From: Octopus vulgaris
Taxonomy: Eukaryota
Length of the DNA stretch: 64,000 bases
Assembly (NCBI GenBank): GCA_951406725.2
Contig: OX597828.1
Span: forward strand, 29,574,001 to 29,638,000
Direction of reading: 5' to 3'
Shown in pieces: positions 56,081 through 64,000 of the stretch. The translations under genes and the position numbers were made by a program. How positions within the stretch are numbered: position 1 is the stretch's first letter; each line of letters opens with the position of its first letter. Under the pieces are notes generated by a model. That model was given only the letters and a program-made list of their open reading frames with translations. It made no database searches and was not told the origin of the DNA.

Positions 56081-56393
56081 ACTCCAAAAATGGCCGTCAT
56101 TGCAGTGTTCCAAATGTTAATAGCTTGGGGTTTAAGTACCCACAACTATTTAACGCCTTGCCAAAATATCTGAGGGATCTTCATTGAGTAGGGGTAGATG
56201 GTTTCAAGAAACAATTGACCTCCTATTATCCAAGCTCCCAGATGAAACTATATCAAGGCAGGAAACTCAAAAGAAGGTAGAAGAGTTGAAATCCATCCTT
56301 CACTGAAAGCCAATCACATACGATTGGCCATTGGAAATGTGATTACACTGGTTGTGCTCCAGCATGGCCACAGCCTTAAGGCTGAAGCTTAAA

Positions 56394-56395
<2 letters not shown>
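56078..56395 (+). mobile_element. CR1/L2/Jockey-group LINE 3' end
   Basis: GRHCSVP..NSLGFKYPQLFNALPKYLRDLH*VGVDGFKKQL..LLSKLPDE; 3'UTR ends GTGCTCCAGCATGGCCACAGCCTTAAGGCTGAAG. Confidence 0.75.
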
Positions 56396-56435
<40 letters not shown>

Positions 56436-56438
<3 letters not shown>

Positions 56439-56645
56439 AAACATAGAGGGGACAAACAAGGACAGACAAACGGATTAAGTCGATTACATCGACCCCCAGT
56501 GCGTATCTGGTACTTAATTTATCGACCCCGAAAGGATGGAAGGCAAAGTCGAACTCGGCGGAATTTGAACTCAGAACGCAACGACAGACGCAATACCGCT
56601 AAGCATTTCGCCCGGTGTGCTAACGTTTCTGCCAGCTCGCCGCCT
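56436..56645 (-). mobile_element. SINE-B
   Basis: Near-consensus copy between (TA)n tracts. Confidence 0.92.
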
Positions 56646-56779
<134 letters not shown>

Positions 56780-57004
56780 ACAATCTAAGGAAAAGAGGTC
56801 CTTCAATTCACTAGTTCGTCAGTTTAATACCACATAAATAGGGCATAATGCAAATTACAAACAATAAATGAAATAAAGAAATTCAGTTGACGATCCAATA
56901 ATTTATGTTACAATATAACATAGTATACTTTGAATATAATATAACATAACAAAAAAACTCATTAAAAACCCAAAATAGCCAACAATTTGATTCTACGTAT
57001 ATAA

Positions 57005-57410
57005 GGCGCAGGAGTGGCTGTGTGGTAAGTAGCTTGTCTTCCAACCGCATGGTTCCGGGTTCAGTCCCACTGCGTGGCACCTTGGGTAAGTGTCTTCTAC
57101 TATAACCTCGGGCCGACCAAAGCCTTGTGAGTGAATTTGGTAGACGGAAACTGAAAGAAGCCCGTCGTATATATGTATATATATGCGTGTTTGTGTTTGT
57201 GTGCCTGTGTTTGTCCCCCTAGCATTGCTTGACAACCGATGCTGGTGTGTTTATGTCCCCGTTACTTAGCGGTTCAGCAAAAGAGACCGATAGAATAAGT
57301 ACTCGGCTTACAAAAGAATAAGTCCCGGGGTCGAGTTGCTCGATTAAAGGTGGTGCACCAGCATGGCCGCAGTCAAATGACTGAACCAAGTAAAAGAGAA
57401 TAAAAAAGAA
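57005..57410 (+). mobile_element. SINE-A
   Basis: Full-length copy. Confidence 0.93.
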
Positions 57411-57429
57411 TACATATATTAATTAATGT

Positions 57430-57680
57430 TTCCCAGACCGGGCGTTGTGAGTGTTTATTGAGCGAAAACACCTAAAACTCCACAAGGCTCCGGCAGGGGG
57501 TGGGGTGGCGATCCCTGCTATACTCTTTCGCCACAACTTTCTCTCACTCTTTCTTCTGTTGGCCTGCCCGCTTAGCCCGCGGGGTGGTGTCATTTGAAGG
57601 CTAAAACAATGCAAAGCGCATTGTGACCAGCGATGTGTAGTAACATCCGATAGCCCTGGTCGGTGACGGTGACGGTGACA
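57430..57680 (+). mobile_element. SINE-C, 5' truncated, tail type 3 ending (GGTGAC)3
   Basis: Shares the CAGACCGGGCGTTGTG..CAACTTTCTCTCACTCTTTC body with 18129 and 21160. Confidence 0.82.
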
Positions 57681-57926
57681 TATATTAATGTATGTTTATC
57701 TGATGACGACGAGCTGGTAGGAATGTGTGTAAGCCGAGCGAAATGCTTAGTGATATTACGTATGTCTTCACGTTTTGAGTTGAAATTCCGCTGACATAGA
57801 TTTTGCTTTTCGGGGTCGATAAAATATATTCCAGTTGAGTATTTGGGTCGAGGTAATGGACTTACGGTCTTGTCTGAAAATACTGGCCTTGTACCAAAAT
57901 TTGAAAGCTATATATGCGCATCTATC

Positions 57927-57968
<42 letters not shown>

Positions 57969-57969
57969 A

Positions 57970-58017
<48 letters not shown>

Positions 58018-58019
58018 AA

Positions 58020-58340
58020 AAAATTTATATAAAAATACAAAATGGGACAAGAACGCAAAACACTCAAATAGACGACACAAAAAACAGACGGGTCATTCGA
58101 AGCCTATAATCTTCAGTCAACAACCGGATCATCCTCGCACTTTCGGCTGATTAATCTTGAGATCGCTCCGATCCGGCCAGCCCCAAGGAAAAACTAAGCT
58201 ACGAGCATTAGATTTCTTGGGAAAAGGATCGAACGTATAAGAAACAAGGACAGAAAAACGGACGATGCCACACGAATATAAATACAAAAAACAATAATAG
58301 TAATAACAGGACAAAAACAACGGGTGTCTTACGACTTTAG
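58020..58340 (-). mobile_element. (TA)n-abutting terminal-repeat family, second copy
   Basis: Homologous to 36322-36640. Confidence 0.65.
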
Positions 58341-58369
58341 ACAGTTGTGTGTGTGTGTGTGTTTGTGAG

Positions 58370-58426
<57 letters not shown>

Positions 58427-60135
58427 CCCTGCATATGTGGAGGTCAAATGTAAAAGAGCATGTGCGAATAGTTAATGAGTTTCTATTGTATTTCTGAATG
58501 CCCGGGTTTGTTTGCACTGCGACTTTTGCATGTGCATTCTTGAATAGTTTTGAGTCGATTAGATATGAATTAGAGTTTTCGATAAGGTATTGTACTTGCA
58601 GTTTATGTGCCATGGAGCATCTTGTTCAAGAGATCAGTTTCCCCAATAGAATATAAAGCGTAATCCTACATCCTCTGATCCACCTGCAACTTCAATAGAC
58701 CTAAAACTGCCCAAAGAAGCTAAGAAATCCTAATCTAAGAATACTATAAATCTTTGAGTATCATATACGTTCAATACGTATTCACGTACACAGATCTTCT
58801 GTATTTATTTGTATAGAAGTTTTTTTTCTTCTTCTTGTGTTGCGTGTGTTTAGTAGTCTTATTATATACATATTTACTACGATTGCAAATGAACGTATAT
58901 AGTGATTGCTTCCGGCGTAGTAAAATACGTACGGTTTGGCCTTTTGAAATATTGGATGGATTTCTGCATCGACAAGAAAAGTGTGAGTTATAATTGTAAG
59001 TTTATATCTCAAAGATAAGAGGTAATGGAAAGGCTGATTGGATTCCTTGCAGAAAGGAATTCTTCAATAGAAGGAATTAGAAGCTATTTATTACATACGA
59101 GCTGCATAGCTAGAAGGAAATCAAAGATGGCTATTTTTGTTTCGCCTCTCTTCTAGAGAAGTTACTGGAAGAATTGAAGAAAGATGTGGCGATGGTGGTG
59201 GTGGTGGTGGTGGGGTCAATTAACGTCTGACCTGATATATGAGAGAAAAGAATTATATATTATCGAAAGCACTGGAAAAATATAGAAAATATATTGTGGA
59301 TAACATTGATTACTCTAACAGTATTATCAATGAGAACATCAGTTGTTCTGAGAACAGCTACCGTGACACAACATTAGCGACATCGACAACGCTAAATGGG
59401 CGAAGGCATGACTGTATGGTTTCGGAGCTCGAGTTGCAACCGTGTAGTTCTACCTCGCAACCCATTTGGCAAGTTCAATTTAATACAGCCAAATATTCGA
59501 CCAATAGGTCCCAATTGAAATTAAACAGAAAGTGTACATGTCTGTCCGAACAACTGCTCTTGTTCGTAGCTTATATACTCAATCTTTATGAAGAAGCTCA
59601 TTCTTTTGCATGTATTGAAGGATAACTTTCTGTATTCGTGCCACCAATCTCAGCATCCCCCTGTAAGTTCGCAAGCGGTTTACTTTTAACATTAATCTGT
59701 CCATAAAAAAAGGGCGCAGAAGTAACGATAGTAACCACACGACTAACAACTGCTTCTGTTGGTAACCGTAACGAAGCCGAAGTGGATAGCTGCGATTGCA
59801 ACAACACTGTCACATGAGTTGTCTGTACTAGCAAATATATGACGAGAGCAATAAGAACAGCATCAGTGGCTGCAACATTAATACATGACACCTGTAAGAG
59901 TGAGATCATCATCATCGTCATCATCATCATCATCATCGTCGTCATCAATCATCATCATCATCATCATCATCATCGTCATCATCGTCGTCATCGTCGTCGT
60001 CGTCATCAGCATCATCATCATCATCATCATCATCAGCAGCAGCAGAGGTCACAATTACTGGACTTCGTGAAAAGACGAAGATCTGGAAAACGTTCAATAT
60101 TATCACAGGAAATTAAGGGTGAATATAAATATATA

Positions 60136-60630
60136 AGCGCAGATCTGGCTTTGTGGTTGGAAGTGTGCCTCTCGATCACATGGTTGCGGGTTCAGTGCCA
60201 CGCAGTGGCACTATGGGCAAGTGTCTTCTAATTTAACCACGGTCCGATTAAAGGCTTGTGAGTGGATTTGATAGACTGAAACTGAATCTCGTATATACAT
60301 ACATATATAGACACACTCATACCCACACACATCAACACGCACACGTATATGTATGTATGCATACACATACATACACATACACACACACCCATATATATAT
60401 ATGCGTGTACGTATGTGCCTTTGTGTCTATGTTCGTCCCCATCGCTTGTCTGCTGGTGTTGGTATGTTAAAGTCACCGTAACATAGCGGTCCAGTAAAAG
60501 ATACCGATAGAGTGAGTACCAGTCATTCTAAAATATAAGTAGTGGGACCGATTCGTTCGAATAACATTCTTCAATGCAGTGCTCCCGCATGGCCGTAATC
60601 TAATGCGTGAAACAATTAAAAAATAAAAGG
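60136..60630 (+). mobile_element. SINE-A, old diverged copy
   Basis: Recognisable head, internal CA/TA tract and GCATGGCCGTAATC tail. Confidence 0.75.
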
Positions 60631-61528
60631 CAAGCGATTCTGCTGAGAAACGAAATCGCGCCTCAGATTTCGCTGGTTTTATAAATCTGTAACGTTTCTA
60701 CATTATGACGATATTGATGTTTAATGCAGATATTCGATAATATTAAAATTTGTTGATAGAACAATTATTTAAATATTTGAGGAAATACCATAAGTGGCAA
60801 AAAAAACATTAAATTTCTCATAAATGTGACTGAGATAAGGCACTTTCTTGTACAGTAAACAGCTTAAAACATAAAAGAACTCTCCGCTGATGGGAACCAT
60901 ATACACACGTGTTGTACATGGAAAATAAATGAAGTAATGTTACGTTTAATATTTGTCATAGAAAACTTCTGGAAGCAAGCAAGTCATATGCGCGCGCACA
61001 CACACATTTGTTTATCTATCTCTATGGTTATCTCACTTTCTCTCACCATCTTTCTCTTTCTCTCTCTATCTTTCTATCTATCTTTTTCTCTCTATGTATC
61101 TCTCCTTCCCTCCCTGTCTCTGCATCTCTCTCTGTCTCTCTCTCTCTCTCTCTCTATCTATACATCCAGCTATCTACATATACATTCCTAGCGACGAATT
61201 GGCGGGCATATTTAGAGTTTCATAGAGAATCCGGTGTGGCATATGTTCCGCATTTGTGTGCATCGAGTTCAAATCGCGCAGCGGTCAGTTTAATATTTCA
61301 TTGTTTTGAGGTCAAAATAAATTTCCATTGAAGCGAAATTGTTTGGGTATCAGAGATAAGTATCATGTCTTGCGTGTCTGAGAGAAGTATCATCTTTGCG
61401 GCTTAGTGTATTCTGATTTCAAATTCCATTCCCTAATCGAAAAACGCTAACACTTTTATCATGAGTTTATAACACTTCAGCGATTTTACATGTGTATCAT
61501 ATTCAAATTGTAAGATTTTAGGGACAGG

Positions 61529-61699
61529 AAACAGAAAATGGAGAAATATTGATGAACAACAATTGACTTACATCAATTATTATTTATTAATTCAATACAA
61601 ATAGACTGCATCCCTTCTAACAGCTGTTTGTATTGAATTAATAAATAATAATTGATGTAAGTCAATTGTTTCTCATCAATATTTCTCCATTTTCTGTTT
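61529..61699. repeat. Inverted repeat, 76-bp arms, 19-nt spacer
   Basis: Arms 61529-61604 and 61624-61699, three mismatches. Confidence 0.95.
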
Positions 61700-61869
61700 T
61701 CTTTAAATTTTGATTCTTGATAAACTCATGTAGAGCCGCCTCTTTATCTATAATTTATGAGCATAATATACTTGCATATGTATGCCCATGGTTAAACATA
61801 GGTAATATACCAATAGTATAAGGGATACTTCTGTCCCTTGGACGATTATTTTAAACTTTAAATCAGCTA

Positions 61870-61908
<39 letters not shown>

Positions 61909-61914
<6 letters not shown>

Positions 61915-62118
61915 CCAGCAGTCGCCATGATAGATCGGTAGTCACTACACACATTTTTTTCTCTCCTTGTTTCTCTCCTTTTTCTTTCTGGGTTTCTTTC
62001 TGTAGAAGAGCGTAGGCTCGAAACGTAAAAGTCTTTTTCAATTCCTGAGCGTTATACTAATACATCTGTTTGTTTTCTACAACACTTGTCTTCGTCTTTT
62101 GTTCTTTTCGTGAATTCT

Positions 62119-62121
<3 letters not shown>
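61909..62121 (+). mobile_element. Penelope-type terminal repeat within (TA)n, with minimal hammerhead-like motif (61996-62031)
   Basis: CTTT-CTGTAGA-A-GAGC-GTAG-GCTC-GAAA-CG-TA-AAAG (A6U core variant); (TA)n on both sides. Confidence 0.7.
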
Positions 62122-62164
<43 letters not shown>

Positions 62165-62728
62165 TACCTTAAATGATATATACATATCTATTTTGTATGA
62201 TATATTCGAGATTCCGATTTTCTGTTTAATGTCATCGTTTACAGCGATATTTTTGTCATAGCTCCGGCTTAATTTTTTGCATTATATATGAAAAACCTTT
62301 CAATGACAAATAATTCATTTTCAGAAGACTTTAAGATGTGCTCCTATATCGCACGTTTATACCTACGATCTATGCACGCATATATAGAATCACGTATATA
62401 TGAGTACTCGCATGCACGTATACACACATAACTGAAACAAAATAATATTGATATATTGTAACTTCAACTAATTTAATTATAAAGACAACGTGAAAGAAAT
62501 GTCTCATTACAATTCTTCATTTGTTTTAATATTTTTATTTCTTTTAATTTGTGTATTTATTTATGTTTTAGATTAGGTCACGAATCAAGATGTCTTTAAA
62601 ACACAAGCTGCATAAACAGAAGCAAAAGAGCCGAGAAAAAGACAAACATTATTTCTGAATTTTTATAAAAAGCGATCGATATTACTTCAAATTCATACAC
62701 ACATTCACTCATATATGTATGTGTGCGC

Positions 62729-62759
<31 letters not shown>

Positions 62760-63047
62760 TACGCATGTTTGCGTATGCAAATATAATGAGAAAAGCATGC
62801 AGTAATTTACACATATGCACGCGCTCACGCATATATATATACAGAGACACACATATTATCTAAACACACAAGTGCGCCATGCGTAGATGTATGCATAATT
62901 TTTTTTTTACACATTGTCGCAGTCATGAACAATTGTATACCAGAAACACACTGACATATACTCGCACGTGAATACACAGCACATGCTCATGCACATGCGC
63001 ATACATATGGAGACAGAGAGAGAAAGAGATAGATAGAGATAGAGAGA

Positions 63048-63111
<64 letters not shown>

Positions 63112-63416
63112 AAATTGGCAAACTATCAGAAAACAGATTAACTTATAAATAGATGACGGTTACAAATGCAATTCAATTAACGTTTAATATTTGAAATATT
63201 TCTTTTCGTTGTAAATTAAATGAATTTAATAGAATATGTAAATTACTTTTAAAGTGTTATGAATGTAATGTGTTTAAAATGGCGGAAAATGATAAGAAAA
63301 CAGAATTAAACAAACAGCAATAAATGAAAACAAAAGCCAAAAAAAATAAGCTACACAAATAAGCTAATTTCCTCTAGAAATAATGAATATTTAATGAAAA
63401 TGAATATTATTATTAT

Positions 63417-63448
<32 letters not shown>

Positions 63449-63871
63449 TAACTATCGCTAGTGCTATTGCTGTTATCGTCATCCTCATCATCACCGCCAC
63501 CACTACCACCATCACCACCATCATCATGATTATTATTATTATTATTATTATTTATTATTACAAATGCTACTATTATTATTTAATGTAATTATAGTAAAGC
63601 GCGTTATGATATATAGTTAGGTTCCTTTCCGCATTGTGTTCAGATCACGCTACAGCTCGTTGTTTTTCTTTCTTAAATTCCCTAAAATATTTATCTGTGA
63701 CATATTGAAGTCATTGATATCGATTAAAAACATTCACCAGATTTCAGAACTCGTTCCCAGATTATGCTAAAATGAATCATCTTGCAACTCTGTACGTGTC
63801 CCAATTAAAATCCTGCCGATGATCAGCATTGAAATTGAACTCAACCGGGATCAAGAGAATTGCTGCATTAA

Positions 63872-64000
63872 GGCGGCGAACTGGCAGAAACGTTAGCACG
63901 CCGGGAGAAATGCTGAGAGGTATTCCGTCTGCCGTTACGTTCTGAGTTCAAATTCTGCCGAGGTCGACTTTGCCTTTCATCCTTTCGGGGTCGATAAATA
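63872..64000 (+). mobile_element. SINE-B, cut by the window end
   Basis: GGCGGCGAACTGGCAGAA head and core. Confidence 0.9.

Noticed and set aside
58440-58680. Possible decayed GIY-YIG (IGET-like) on the minus strand
   Set aside because: A single short motif with no supporting collinear residues.

Overview
AT-rich, microsatellite-dense animal genomic DNA with no recognisable host protein-coding gene. The SINE families match those I recall from Octopus (coleoid cephalopod); this is recall, not a database result. Most listed ORFs are artefacts of (TA)n, (CA)n, (ATAC)n and trinucleotide repeats. The real coding signal is all from transposons: a DD37D (maT) Tc1/mariner fragment (~230-820); a decayed autonomous Helitron RepHel gene (~22.6-25.85 kb, missed by the ORF track) carrying a 5'-inverted RTE-like LINE insertion with a TSD; a Penelope-like GIY-YIG fragment with a canonical minimal hammerhead ribozyme (30.5-31.9 kb); two R4/Dong-type RLE LINEs stacked in (TAA)n (50.4-54.9 kb); and several LINE 3' ends. 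Three tRNA-derived SINE families, non-autonomous Helitrons/Helentrons and hAT/pogo MITEs make up much of the rest. Most notable: (TA)n-associated Penelope-type termini with hammerhead motifs; a non-coding LTR-internal-LTR-internal-LTR array (38.8-40.8 kb) resembling a retrozyme or non-autonomous PLE; the twin-priming inversion in a non-L1 LINE; two near-perfect long palindromes; and apparent partitioning of microsatellite types among retroelement families. Coordinates of degenerate elements are approximate.
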